A stretch of 64,000 nucleotides of DNA from assembly GCA_965215185.1 (NCBI GenBank), contig OZ244034.1:1376001-1440000 (forward strand), given 5' to 3'. The DNA is from Acidimicrobiia bacterium. Lineage in GTDB: Bacteria; Actinomycetota; Acidimicrobiia; Spongiisociales; ZC4RG35. The notes under the pieces were generated by a model that had not been told where the DNA came from, searched no databases, and worked only from the letters and a program-made list of their open reading frames with translations. The stretch's first letter is position 1. Each line of letters begins with the position of its first letter. The position numbers and the translations under genes were made by a program. Of this stretch, positions 49,099 through 59,399 are shown piece by piece.

Positions 49099-52000
49099 GT
49101 GTCTTCGAGCTATGTGGAACTTCACGCAAAAAGCTTCTACTCCTTCGGGATAGGGGCATCGCACGTCCACGAACTCCTCGCCCGAGCCAAGCAGTGCGGC
49201 TACTCAGCCATGGCTCTGACCGACACCAACCTGTGCGGCGCTTTGGAGTTCGCCCGCCTGGCCAACAGCTTGGGCATACAACCCATAACCGGCGGAGAGT
49301 TGACCCTGGAAGACGACACGCGATTGACCCTTTTGGCCCGCACCCGAAAAGGGTATGCCAATCTCTCTCGGCTGTTCACCCTGGCCAATAGCACCGACCG
49401 CCAGAACCCCCGGCTCGATCCCAAGCATCTGCCGACGTACTCGCAGGGACTGATCCTTCTCACCGGAGGGCGCCAAAGCCGCCTCTCTCAACTGACTCTG
49501 TCCGGCCGGTTTCAGCAGGCCCGGGAGCTTCTCCATGGCTATCGGGAGTGGTTCGGCTCAGACCGGGTGTATGTGGAGCTTCAACAGAACCTCTTGCAAG
49601 GTGACACCCGGCGCAACCGGGAACTGTCATCTCTGGCGCACACCATGGGCGTGCCGTTGGTGGCCACCAACGATGTCCACTACCACTCGCCGAAGCGATA
49701 CCGGCTGCAGAACGCGCTGGTGGCCGCCCAACACAACATCACCATGGACGAGGCTCTGCAATTCATCAGACCCAACCCTCACCTCTCTCTGAAGTCTCCA
49801 CAACAGATGAAGCGGCTGTTCCGCCTTTACCCCGAGGCGGTCTCCAACACTGCGACAATCGCCGATCAATGTTCTTTCGATCTCAGTACCGATCTTGGAT
49901 ACAACCTCCCCGAACCGCAAGTGCCGGAAGGGCATACTCCCGACAGCTACCTTCGCGAGCTCTGTCACCAAGCCGCTATCCGGCGCTACGGAGCCATGTC
50001 TCCACCCATCGCAGAACGCTTGGCAGAAGAGTTCCGACTGATACAAATACACCGTCTGGCCGGCTTCCTACTGCTGTATCGGCAGATCGCGCAGATCGCG
50101 CAGAAGATCATGGAAGAAGAGGGTTTGGTGCGTCCTGGCACGCCGCTGGAAAAGCAGCCGCCGGGAAGAGGGCGAGGCTCATCGGTGGCCCTTTTGGTGG
50201 GATATCTGATCGGCATCAGTCATGTTGATCCTCTGAAGTGGAACCTCACTCTGGAACGGTTCATCTCAGAGGACACGAGCCTGCTTCCCGACATCGACCT
50301 CGACTTTCCCCGCCATCTCAGAGACAAGCTCATCGAGCGGATCCATCAGCACTTCGGCGCCGAATACGCAGTACTCACCGGCGCCATCTCCACCTACACG
50401 GTGAAAGGGATCATTCAGGATCTGGGCAAAGCGTTCGGACTGCCCAACCAGGACCTGAGACTTCTATCCAAACAGATCCACTCCCATGACGCGGCGGACC
50501 TCAAAGGAGAGATGTTGGAACTGCCCGCTTTCCGGGACCGGGTGGACGCTTACGGGTGGAAGAACCTGATCGAGATTGCCCCCCAACTGATGGGGGCGCC
50601 CAAACACCTCAGCCAACACGTGGGAGGCATGATTCTCAGCAGCACCCCCATACCGGAGATGGTTCCCATTCGAAAAGGCGCCATCGAAGGGCGTTTCATC
50701 ATGGATTGGAACAAGGACAATGTCGCCGACGCCAACTTCGCCAAGATCGACCTCCTCTCTCTGCCGGCGCTCGACCAACTTCACGAGGCTTTCGATCTGA
50801 TCGAGGAAAGGGAGGGCACAAGACCCGATCTGAGCCGCCTCGACCCCGAAGATCCCCAGGTTTACGGGATGATCACCGAAGGCCGATCCAAAGGGGTCTT
50901 TTTGCTCCAGTCGCCCGCCCAGTTGAAGATGGGACGCCGCCTTCGGCCCAAGAACCTCCTCGATCTTGCCTATCAGGTGGCGCTGATTCGTCCGGGGGTC
51001 GGCGTGCAGGGAAGCGCGGTCTCGCTGTTCGTGGACAGATACCGCCACGGCGCATCCTGGGAGTATGACCATCCCTTGGAAAAACGGGCTCTGGAGCGTG
51101 GATGTGGGGTCATCGTATGGCAGGAGCAAGTGGTCCAGCTCATCATGGATGTGGCGGGAATGACCGCCGCTCAGGCCGATGAGATACGAAGATCCTTCGC
51201 TCGCTCCAACAACCAGCACCTGATCGCCATGCACTGGAAAGAATTCCTGAAAGGCGCCCAGCGCCAGGGTGTTTCCAAGCAAACCGCGCGGAAGATCTTT
51301 TCCAAGATCAACGGTCACTACATGTTCCCAGAATCCCACTCGCATGCCTTTGCCATCACTGCCTACCAGGTGGCTTGGCTCAAGCGCTACCACCCTTTGG
51401 AATTCTTCACGACTCTCATCAACAACCAGCCCATGGGCTTCTACCCGCTGGAAACCCTCAAACAAGACGCCAAAAGCTTCGGCGTGCCGTTTCTGCATCC
51501 ATGCATCAACCGAAGCGGCGTCAAATGCGTTCCCGAAGACGGCGCTGTGCGGCTAGGTCTGGGCATCGTCAAAGATGTGGGAAACCGGTCCGCAGAAGCA
51601 ATCGTTGAAGAGCGCGAACGCAACGGTCCCTATTCGGGCGCTGGAGACCTGGTACAACGCACCGGCCTGAAACCTCAGGCCGTGATCTCTTTGGTGATGG
51701 CGGGAGCTGTAGACGGTATGGTGCCCAACCGCCGGGCCGCTATCTGGGACGCGGGGCTTTCTATCCGCCCCTCTCGCAACGGACAGAGGGTCATGGACAC
51801 GACCAGAGGAATCAAAAAACCCGATCTAGCCGATTTCACCGACTACCAGAAAATGGCGAGCGCTTATGAGGTGATGGCCATCTTTCCGGGAGGCCACCTC
51901 ATGGAATATCTGCGGGAAAGCCTCGGCTCAGACGTGCTGACCACCGCCGAGGTGGAGAACTGCGCCGAAGAGGAAGATGTCCTGGTGGCGGGCTGGCCCA

Positions 52001-52245
52001 TCGCCCGACAACACCCCCGCGGAATAGACGGCACGGTGTTCGTGACCATTGAGGACGAGACCGCAGACGTGCAACTGATCATCTGGCCGGATGTCTTCAC
52101 TCGTTACAAAAAGCAACTCAAGAGCCAGGTGATCCTGGCGCGGGGTGTGATCTCCCGATGGGACGGCACCACCTCCATCATCGTTTCATCTTTGGAAGCA
52201 GTCGACATCCCAGTGTCGATGCCCGCCGCCCACGACTGGCGTTAG
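49099..52245 (+). CDS. dnaE2: Error-prone DNA polymerase DnaE2 (ImuC)
   Basis: PHP domain, GRGSS, PDIDLDF, SQHVGG, FPESH, NNQPMGFY and C-terminal AHDWR (variant of the DnaE2 S[RH]DF[RH] tail); GGAGG RBS. Confidence 0.93.
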   Translation: MSSSYVELHAKSFYSFGIGASHVHELLARAKQCGYSAMALTDTNLCGALEFARLANSLGIQPITGGELTLEDDTRLTLLARTRKGYANLSRLFTLANSTDRQNPRLDPKHLPTYSQGLILLTGGRQSRLSQLTLSGRFQQARELLHGYREWFGSDRVYVELQQNLLQGDTRRNRELSSLAHTMGVPLVATNDVHYHSPKRYRLQNALVAAQHNITMDEALQFIRPNPHLSLKSPQQMKRLFRLYPEAVSNTATIADQCSFDLSTDLGYNLPEPQVPEGHTPDSYLRELCHQAAIRRYGAMSPPIAERLAEEFRLIQIHRLAGFLLLYRQIAQIAQKIMEEEGLVRPGTPLEKQPPGRGRGSSVALLVGYLIGISHVDPLKWNLTLERFISEDTSLLPDIDLDFPRHLRDKLIERIHQHFGAEYAVLTGAISTYTVKGIIQDLGKAFGLPNQDLRLLSKQIHSHDAADLKGEMLELPAFRDRVDAYGWKNLIEIAPQLMGAPKHLSQHVGGMILSSTPIPEMVPIRKGAIEGRFIMDWNKDNVADANFAKIDLLSLPALDQLHEAFDLIEEREGTRPDLSRLDPEDPQVYGMITEGRSKGVFLLQSPAQLKMGRRLRPKNLLDLAYQVALIRPGVGVQGSAVSLFVDRYRHGASWEYDHPLEKRALERGCGVIVWQEQVVQLIMDVAGMTAAQADEIRRSFARSNNQHLIAMHWKEFLKGAQRQGVSKQTARKIFSKINGHYMFPESHSHAFAITAYQVAWLKRYHPLEFFTTLINNQPMGFYPLETLKQDAKSFGVPFLHPCINRSGVKCVPEDGAVRLGLGIVKDVGNRSAEAIVEERERNGPYSGAGDLVQRTGLKPQAVISLVMAGAVDGMVPNRRAAIWDAGLSIRPSRNGQRVMDTTRGIKKPDLADFTDYQKMASAYEVMAIFPGGHLMEYLRESLGSDVLTTAEVENCAEEEDVLVAGWPIARQHPRGIDGTVFVTIEDETADVQLIIWPDVFTRYKKQLKSQVILARGVISRWDGTTSIIVSSLEAVDIPVSMPAAHDWR

Positions 52246-52437
52246 GGGAGATCCGGAACCCAGATCAACCTCCCACCCCACCGACCGAGCAGCTTCGACA
52301 GCTTCTACGGCTTCTTGATTCGACCCATGACTCCTGACCTCGCTGCCGGCTTCGACCGAGTGACGGGCCGTTCCCCACCTGCCAGCCGCGGGATTATGTT
52401 CCTAGCACCCTTCGATCCCCTGATCAGAATCAGGAAT

Positions 52438-52463
52438 AAGGGATCCCCTCCCAGGTTCCCTTT
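52438..52463. terminator. Stem-loop between convergent dnaE2 and uraA
   Basis: AAGGGATCC-N7-GGTTCCCTT with T-rich tails on both strands. Confidence 0.45.
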
Positions 52464-53657
52464 TTAGGAGTCGTCGGCGGGAAGCACCACGTTGAGCACC
52501 ACTCCCACCACCGCAGCCAAGGCCAGGCCGGAGATGGCGATTCCACCAACCTGAAGGTTCTCAAGACCCGAGGTCCCCAGTCCCAGCACCAGAATCACCG
52601 CCACCACGATCAGATTGCGGCTCTTGGACATCTGCACCTGGCTTTCCACCAAAGTACGAAGGCCCACCGCGGCGATCATGCCGAACAAGATGATGGAGAG
52701 TCCACCCAACACGGCCAGGGGTATCGATTGCAAGATGGCCGCCACCTTGGGGATAATCCCCATAAGAATGGCCACCACCGCCCCTATGCGCAGGACAGCC
52801 GGGTCATAGACCTTGGTAACCGCCAGGACACCAGTGTTCTCCGAATAGGTGGTGTTAGCGGGGCCACCGACCAGCCCGGCAATAAAGGTGGCGACTCCGT
52901 CACCCAAGAGCGTCCGGTCCAAGCCCGGATCCTCGAAGAAATCCTTCTCCACCACTCGGCCGTTGGTGATTATGTCCCCAACGTGCTCGATCATCGTGAC
53001 GAATGCCACCGGTGCGATCAGGATGATGGCACCCCACTCGAAGCTGGCAAAGGTAAATTCCGGCAGGCCAATCCAGGCTGCGTCAGCCACTGCGTCGAAG
53101 GCCACCTGCCCAAAGATGGCGGCTACCACATAGCCGACCACCGCGCCGGTGAGAATCGGCAGCATCTTCCACAGGCCCTTGAGGAAAATGGCCGCGAAAA
53201 CGGTTACCAGCAGCGTGAGAATAGCCATCCACCAGTTGGAATTGGACATGTCGATGGCCACCGGCGCCAGGGTGATTCCGATGATCACGATTATCGGACC
53301 GGCCACCACCGGGGGAACCAATTTCTTGATTTTGTCCGATCCGATGAACCGGACGACGAGCGAGATGATCCCGTAGACCACACCAGCAGCGGCGATGCCT
53401 CCCACGGTTGCCGACATGGAAAATCCCTCGGTGTTGAGACTGGCGACTATCGGTGGGATGAAAGCGAATGAGGAACCCAGAAACACGGGGACCATCATCT
53501 TGGTCAGGAAATGGAAGATCAGAGTTCCCACACCAGCGGCCAGCAGAGCTACCGATGCATCCAATCCGGTCAGCAGAGGCACCAGCACCGTGGCACCAAA
53601 CATGGCGACGGTGTGTTGAACCCCCAATACGACCTTGCGTTGAGTATTAAGTTCCAT
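52464..53657 (-). CDS. uraA: Uracil permease (NCS2/NAT family)
   Basis: GVQHTVAMFGATVLVP, LGSSFAFI, EHVGD and TTYSENTGV signature. Confidence 0.92.
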   Translation of the reverse strand: MELNTQRKVVLGVQHTVAMFGATVLVPLLTGLDASVALLAAGVGTLIFHFLTKMMVPVFLGSSFAFIPPIVASLNTEGFSMSATVGGIAAAGVVYGIISLVVRFIGSDKIKKLVPPVVAGPIIVIIGITLAPVAIDMSNSNWWMAILTLLVTVFAAIFLKGLWKMLPILTGAVVGYVVAAIFGQVAFDAVADAAWIGLPEFTFASFEWGAIILIAPVAFVTMIEHVGDIITNGRVVEKDFFEDPGLDRTLLGDGVATFIAGLVGGPANTTYSENTGVLAVTKVYDPAVLRIGAVVAILMGIIPKVAAILQSIPLAVLGGLSIILFGMIAAVGLRTLVESQVQMSKSRNLIVVAVILVLGLGTSGLENLQVGGIAISGLALAAVVGVVLNVVLPADDS

Positions 53658-53783
53658 ACTTTCTCCTCTCTATGGAACCGTGGAGATCTATTCCCTGACT
53701 CCCCCGTACTCTGCAAGGACAGGAGGGTCAATGCAGCGAAACACCTCCTATGACAAGTTACTCTCATGGTAGGCTGTTTTGCG

Positions 53784-55025
53784 ATGAGGCCCCGGCATAT
53801 CCGCCTAACTTCTCACATCGACAGTCACGGTCCCCAACCCCCATCCATCCATTGGGGAGCTGCCACGGCCGCCGCCAGAGGCCCCATCATCGCCACGCTC
53901 AGCAATCCTGAACATCGCAACGTGGTGGGAACCCACAGCGGCTCCTATGCCATCTACCGGGCGGTCTCCATAGCCCAGGGAAAGCTTGACCGCGACTACC
54001 GCGCCGATCTGACCGACACCTCACCCACCTACCGGATCGGACCACACCCTGCTTGGACAGAACCCGACAGGATCGTCTCTCTGGACCCATGGGGAGCAAT
54101 GACCGCAGAGTCCTTTCCGGATCTGTTGGCCGAGGGTTACGACATCCGCCCCACCATTGCCGTCACCTCGGCTCATATCTTCATACCCGAGTTGAAGGAC
54201 GCCATCGAAAAGGGCCGAATCGTCCCTGATGGTTCTCTGTGCCTGTCCGATGGCTCATGTCGGGTTACCAAGGCGGCCATCGAACCGGTTTGGCATTTGC
54301 CCAGCCTGGCGGACAGGCTTGAAGTTGCAGAACGCGATCTGCGGCGGATCCTGTTCGAAGAGACAGGGGGAATGTTCCCGGAGTTGGTCACCCGTTCGGA
54401 CCTGGAAGTGTTCCTGCCCCCCATCGGGGGACAGACCATCTACATATTCGGCGACCCGGAGGGCCTGTCCGATCCCGATCGGACCCTGGCGGCCCGCGTC
54501 CATGACGAATGCAACGGTTCGGATGTGTTCGGATCGGACATCTGCACCTGCCGACCCTATCTGGTGCATGGGATCGAGGTGTGCATCCAAACCGCTTCCC
54601 AAGGAGGGGTGGGACTCATTGTCTATAACCGAAAGGAGGGCCGGGCGCTGGGAGAGGTCACCAAATTCCTGGTCTACAACGCTCGCAAGCGCCAGGAGGG
54701 CGGCGACCGCGCCGATGCCTACTTCGAACGCACCGAATGTGTGGCGGGGGTGCAGGATGCCCGCCATCAGGTACTGATGCCGGACTCCTTGCACTGGCTG
54801 GGCATCACCAGGATCGACAAGTTCGTGTCCATGTCCGATGACAAGTACGGGGCCATTACCGGCTCAGGCATAGAAATCGGCGAACGGCTCTCCATCCCTC
54901 CGGAACTGGTGCCGGCCGATGCCTGGGTGGAGATGGACGCCAAGGTGGCGGCCGGATACTTCAGTGAAGGCGCTGTTCCCGACCGCAGCGAGCTGACCAA
55001 ATCCAAGGGACGCCCTCTTAGTTGA
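53784..55025 (+). CDS. GTP cyclohydrolase II-like protein, Urc1/Urg1 type
   Basis: RGPIIA..RNVVGTHSGSY N-terminal extension, RVHDECNGSDVFGSDICTCRPYL and RKEGRALGEVTK. Confidence 0.9.
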   Translation: MRPRHIRLTSHIDSHGPQPPSIHWGAATAAARGPIIATLSNPEHRNVVGTHSGSYAIYRAVSIAQGKLDRDYRADLTDTSPTYRIGPHPAWTEPDRIVSLDPWGAMTAESFPDLLAEGYDIRPTIAVTSAHIFIPELKDAIEKGRIVPDGSLCLSDGSCRVTKAAIEPVWHLPSLADRLEVAERDLRRILFEETGGMFPELVTRSDLEVFLPPIGGQTIYIFGDPEGLSDPDRTLAARVHDECNGSDVFGSDICTCRPYLVHGIEVCIQTASQGGVGLIVYNRKEGRALGEVTKFLVYNARKRQEGGDRADAYFERTECVAGVQDARHQVLMPDSLHWLGITRIDKFVSMSDDKYGAITGSGIEIGERLSIPPELVPADAWVEMDAKVAAGYFSEGAVPDRSELTKSKGRPLS

Positions 55026-56188
55026 CCCTTTCCGAACTGGCCCGACTCCGTCATCCGGACACCATCCGGCGTCAATCCGAGCGGATACTCGCCCTCGCTG
55101 AGCAGAACAAGCTCAAAGGGTGGGAGATCGACCTGGATAAGCTCCCGAGCCTGGGCCGCCTGGTGGGTGAGGTGACCTGGGCCCGCTACCCGGATTTGGC
55201 CGTGCCAATTCACGGCCGCCGCCTTCATTTCACGGTGGGCGATATCAACCTTTGGCAAACACGCCCCCGCCCCGTTGACCGGGATCGAGCGGGTAGATCC
55301 GACGTGGAACTCATCGTGATCTCGGTGCTGCTCGATGGGGGCAGCGGGACTCGGTGGCGATACACCGACCCGCAGATCAAGCAGGAGTTGAGCCGCTCGG
55401 AAGGACTGGCGGCAGCCAGTTTTAGAGCCTGGGAGCGGGGGGTGTTCTCCGACCACAGTCTTCCCCGAGCCGACTCCCAGTCGCTTTCCAACCTCACCAC
55501 CGGGGAATTGGCCGCAGCCTTTCAGGTAGGAGAGAGCAACCCCCTGGTGGGGATAGAAGACCGGGCCGCACTATTGCGATCCCTGGGAACGGTTTCGTCC
55601 GGCTGGCCGGACCATCGGGTCGGAGGTCTCTACGATCTGCTCGCCGACCGCGCCTCCGCCGACGGACGCCTGTCCGCGGTGGTGCTCTTGGAGATTCTGT
55701 TGAAGGAGTTGTCCCCTCTATGGCCCGACTCCCCAATGGCGGATGGCGAATACCTGGGGGATGTCTGGCCTTATCCACCCCTGGGACTAGTGCCCTTTCA
55801 CAAGCTCACCCAGTGGCTGGCGTATTCGCTGATAGAACCTTTAGGAACGGCGGGAATCACGGTCACCGAAGTAGAACGATTGACTCCTCTGGCGGAATAC
55901 CGAAACGGAGGCCTGCTGATCGACGGCGGTGTCCTGAAGCCCGTGGTACAGGGATGGCACACCACCCGCCATCCGGTCGCCTCTCCCCTGGTGGTGGAAT
56001 GGCGGGCCCTGACCGTGGCCCTGATCAGCCGTCTGGCCGAGGCGGTGCGGGGGTCACTGGGCGCAGACCTATCCATGGCCCAGATCCTAGAAGGCGGAAC
56101 CTGGGCGGCAGGAAGAAAGCTAGCGGCGGACACCCGGCCCGATGGCGGCCCGCCCATACAGGTGATCAGCAACGGGACTATCTTCTGA
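55022..56188 (+). CDS. URC4/Urg3 family protein (DUF1688)
   Basis: SVLLDGG, SRSEGLA, FHKLTQWLAYSLIEP, AEYRNGGL, EWRALT and LEGGTWAAGR motifs. Confidence 0.9.
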   Translation: MTLSELARLRHPDTIRRQSERILALAEQNKLKGWEIDLDKLPSLGRLVGEVTWARYPDLAVPIHGRRLHFTVGDINLWQTRPRPVDRDRAGRSDVELIVISVLLDGGSGTRWRYTDPQIKQELSRSEGLAAASFRAWERGVFSDHSLPRADSQSLSNLTTGELAAAFQVGESNPLVGIEDRAALLRSLGTVSSGWPDHRVGGLYDLLADRASADGRLSAVVLLEILLKELSPLWPDSPMADGEYLGDVWPYPPLGLVPFHKLTQWLAYSLIEPLGTAGITVTEVERLTPLAEYRNGGLLIDGGVLKPVVQGWHTTRHPVASPLVVEWRALTVALISRLAEAVRGSLGADLSMAQILEGGTWAAGRKLAADTRPDGGPPIQVISNGTIF

Positions 56189-56190
56189 TC

Positions 56191-56838
56191 ATGGCGCCCA
56201 CATTGTCGCATCCCCGGCTCCACGTCATCGATCATCCCCTGGTTCAGCACAAGCTGACCCTGATGCGAAAGCGTGAAACCAGTACCAGCTCCTTCCGCAG
56301 GCTGGCTTCGGAGATCTCCGGGCTCTTGGCCTACGAGGTAACTCGCCACCATCCTCTGACGCCCACGCGTATCAATACTCCTATGGGGCCCATGACCGCG
56401 CCCCTCCTGGATGGCAAAAAACTGGTGGTGGTCTCCATCCTCCGAGCAGGCATCGCCATCGCCGACGGCATCTCAGACGCAATCCCCTCGGCGCGGCTGG
56501 GTCACATCGGCCTGTACCGGGACCGGAAGACCGAAATGACCGTGGAGTACTACTTCAAGACGCCCCGGAATATGTCGGATCGCACCGCGCTGGTAGTGGA
56601 TCCCATGTTGGCCACTGGTAACTCGGCGGAGGCGGCCATCGCCCGGGTCAAAAGCACCGAACCCAAAGAGTTGATCTTCGTCTGTCTGATCGCCGCTCCG
56701 CAAGGAGTGGATTATCTGAACAAGTATCACCCCGACGTCCCTATTTACTGCGCGGCGGTAGACGAAGGACTAGACCCCTCCGGGTACATAATCCCCGGCT
56801 TCGGTGATGCGGGCGATCGGATCTTCGGCACCAAATAG
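56191..56838 (+). CDS. upp: Uracil phosphoribosyltransferase
   Basis: HPLVQHKL, SILRAG, DPMLATG and PGFGDAGDRIFGTK motifs. Confidence 0.96.
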   Translation: MAPTLSHPRLHVIDHPLVQHKLTLMRKRETSTSSFRRLASEISGLLAYEVTRHHPLTPTRINTPMGPMTAPLLDGKKLVVVSILRAGIAIADGISDAIPSARLGHIGLYRDRKTEMTVEYYFKTPRNMSDRTALVVDPMLATGNSAEAAIARVKSTEPKELIFVCLIAAPQGVDYLNKYHPDVPIYCAAVDEGLDPSGYIIPGFGDAGDRIFGTK

Positions 56839-57104
56839 AAGCCCGGTCCCAAGCTCGTCGGCTTTTTCGAAGGCAGAAAACCAAGGTCACTCCGCCCCAC
56901 CGACTCTTCTACAAAAACCACCCAGCCTGGTCACCCAACGGCACAAAAATCGGTTAAGCGGCATTTCAACCTGGGAATAGCCAACACCGTTGTCCCTCCG
57001 CTTCCCTGGATGATCTGAAGTATCATCAACGCCAATCCGGTCCTGGGTCTTCGGAGACCAGCGGAGATCCAGTGGCGGGATAGCGAGTAAGCGGCGTTAA
57101 AGGA

Positions 57105-58286
57105 ATGGACATGCTTGGTGTAGAACCTGTGGTAGTGGTTGGAGCGGCTCGAACCGCCATAGGAACCTATGGAGGCTCGCTGAGCGGCATTGATGCATAC
57201 AAGCTTGGCGCCATCACCATCAAAGAGTCGTTGAATCGGGCCGGTGTGGAGCCCGAAGAGGTCGATGAAGTGGTCATGGGCCAGATCGGCCAGGTGGGCC
57301 CCGACGCCTACAACGCACGGCGTTGCGCGCTCGAGGCGGGTCTTCCCACATCCACCACCGCCATGAACGTCAACCGACTTTGCTCGTCCGGTCTTCAAGC
57401 GATTATCACCGGCGCCCAGCAGGTCATGCTGGGGTCGGCCGACATCGTAGTCGCCGGGGGCGACGAGAATATGAGCAGCCAGCCGTTCCTGGACTACCAG
57501 GCCCGTGACGGCTGGAAGCTAGGCCCTCGGAAGGTCATCGACGGCACTATGTCACTGGTCACCGATCCCTTCGGCGGGTATCCAATGGGCGTAACGGCAG
57601 AGCGGGTGGCCGAACGCTACGACGTCAGCCGCGAAGAACAAGACCGGTTCGCCGCCGAGAGCCAGCGCCGCGCCGCCATCGCCATCAAGAACGGTCTTTT
57701 CGAGCAGGACATCGTCGGAGTGGACCGACCCAAGGACAACCCGTTCCTCGTCGACGAACATCCCAGACCAAACACCACCGTGGAAACCCTTGCCCGCCTG
57801 CGCCCAGTGTTCGCCAAAGGCGGCTCGGTAACGGCTGGTAACTCCTCGGGAATCAACGACGGCGCTGCCTCGGTGGTCCTGATGAGCGAGAAAACGGCCG
57901 AAGCCCGGGGCGCCGAACCCCTCCTTCGCCTGGTAGCCTGGGCGGTCAGCGGCATCGACCCGGAGGTGATGGGCTACGCCCCCGCTCTCGCCATCCCTGC
58001 AGTGCTTGATAAGGTCGGCCTGACCCTCGACGACATCGACCTGATCGAACTCAACGAGGCGTTCGCAGCCCAGGCGGTAGCCGTGATCCGGGACGCCGGC
58101 CTCGACCCCGAGAAGACCAACGTTGATGGCGGAGCCATCGCCCTGGGACATCCAGTCGGCGCCACAGGAACGATCCTGACCATCAAACTGATACGAGCAC
58201 TCGAGCGGACAGAAGGCCGGCGCGGCATCGTAACAATGTGCATCGGAGGTGGCCAAGGCATGGCAGCCATCTTCGAGCGCCCCTAA
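57105..58286 (+). CDS. Acetyl-CoA C-acyltransferase (thiolase)
   Basis: NRLCSSG, NEAF, GHPVGATG and CIGGGQG motifs. Confidence 0.95.
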   Translation: MDMLGVEPVVVVGAARTAIGTYGGSLSGIDAYKLGAITIKESLNRAGVEPEEVDEVVMGQIGQVGPDAYNARRCALEAGLPTSTTAMNVNRLCSSGLQAIITGAQQVMLGSADIVVAGGDENMSSQPFLDYQARDGWKLGPRKVIDGTMSLVTDPFGGYPMGVTAERVAERYDVSREEQDRFAAESQRRAAIAIKNGLFEQDIVGVDRPKDNPFLVDEHPRPNTTVETLARLRPVFAKGGSVTAGNSSGINDGAASVVLMSEKTAEARGAEPLLRLVAWAVSGIDPEVMGYAPALAIPAVLDKVGLTLDDIDLIELNEAFAAQAVAVIRDAGLDPEKTNVDGGAIALGHPVGATGTILTIKLIRALERTEGRRGIVTMCIGGGQGMAAIFERP

Positions 58287-58396
58287 CCGGATCCGCCAGT
58301 GCGATCAAGGGCGACATAGCTGATCCCAGGACATGCTCGCCGGCCAGGCTGATTGAGCTAACCCGGACCCTCAACAGCGTGTTTCAGACCAGATGC

Positions 58397-59113
58397 CTAC
58401 CAGTGTCTGGTTCGCTTCCACGGCACCATGAACTCTTGACCATCCTTGGCTACAGCCACAGTGAGGACGGGCATGTCCGGGTGCCGCCACTTACCTATAT
58501 CAGGTGTGTTACCTTTGCGCCTGTTGCAGTAGGAATGAGCGGCTTGGAGATTGTCCAGTCTGTGGAGAAGACTCCTATAACGAGTGCCGGTAACAGCTTT
58601 GCCACCTTTGCGGACATCAAAAACCGCAAACACCTTGGGGACAATGTGCTCTATATGAGCGCCCTTGATTTTCATTTCTCCGCCACAAAATCCGCAACGG
58701 CCGTCGTCGCGGGTGTATATGTAGCGAAGCGCCTTGCGGCGATGATCAGAGTCCCAGCGTCCTTTGCCGTCGGGCTCATCTAACTCCAAGTACCAACGTT
58801 CCACCTTGTCCACAGCTTTGGCCACCTTGACTGCTGCTGCGAAAATCTTGCCGCGCTTTTTTCGATACTCACCTTCAGTGTGGTGATCCTCCAGCCGTGG
58901 TGGTTCAGAATCCGACCGATCCTGATCACTACTCAGCGGCTCGCTGGGCGGAGGATCAAATATCGTGCCTCGGCACTTTGGGTAATCCGGGCATCCCCAA
59001 AACCGCTTTCCCTGGTTTTGACCTCGGCGAGCTGTCCGGGGAACCCTGCCGGAACCGCAACGGGGGCAGTCCGGGGATGCCCCAAGGGGATAAGCCCATG
59101 AACTATCCGGCAT
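58397..59113 (-). CDS. Topoisomerase-type C4 zinc ribbon fused to an HNH nuclease
   Basis: CPRCG...FWGCPDYPKC, then CGFCG..HIEHIVP...NLQAAHSYCNRRKG; AAGGAG RBS. Confidence 0.8.
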   Translation of the reverse strand: MPDSSWAYPLGASPDCPRCGSGRVPRTARRGQNQGKRFWGCPDYPKCRGTIFDPPPSEPLSSDQDRSDSEPPRLEDHHTEGEYRKKRGKIFAAAVKVAKAVDKVERWYLELDEPDGKGRWDSDHRRKALRYIYTRDDGRCGFCGGEMKIKGAHIEHIVPKVFAVFDVRKGGKAVTGTRYRSLLHRLDNLQAAHSYCNRRKGNTPDIGKWRHPDMPVLTVAVAKDGQEFMVPWKRTRHW

Positions 59114-59153
59114 CCGTCTCCTTCCCTAAACGTTGCCTTGCTTTCGTTTCCCT

Positions 59154-59345
59154 TTACGTGACGCCCAGTAACTCCCGATACCGGGCGCCGGACAGGGGAG
59201 TGCGGCCGAGGTTTTCGGCTATGGCTATGACGGCTTTCAGTTGCTCCAGGTTGGAGGCGATCAGGTCGTCGCGGTGGGGGTAGCGCCAGACGGTGTCTTC
59301 CATTCCGAGGCGGACGTGGAGACCCATGAGCATGGCCAGGGTCAC
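59154..59345 (-). pseudogene. 3' remnant of a beta-keto acid cleavage enzyme (BKACE/DUF849)
   Basis: G.HVRLGMED...SN......LGR.......RELLG C-terminal signature; the rest of the gene is absent. Confidence 0.75.
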
Positions 59346-59399
59346 TAGTTGTCACCCTTGGTTAATAGTTGCATTGGGATCGGCTTCCCCGCATCAGTG

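Noticed and set aside
53784-55025. ribA (riboflavin synthesis)
   Set aside because: The N-terminal extension and coupling to urc4 and upp indicate the Urc1 subfamily; no rib genes nearby.
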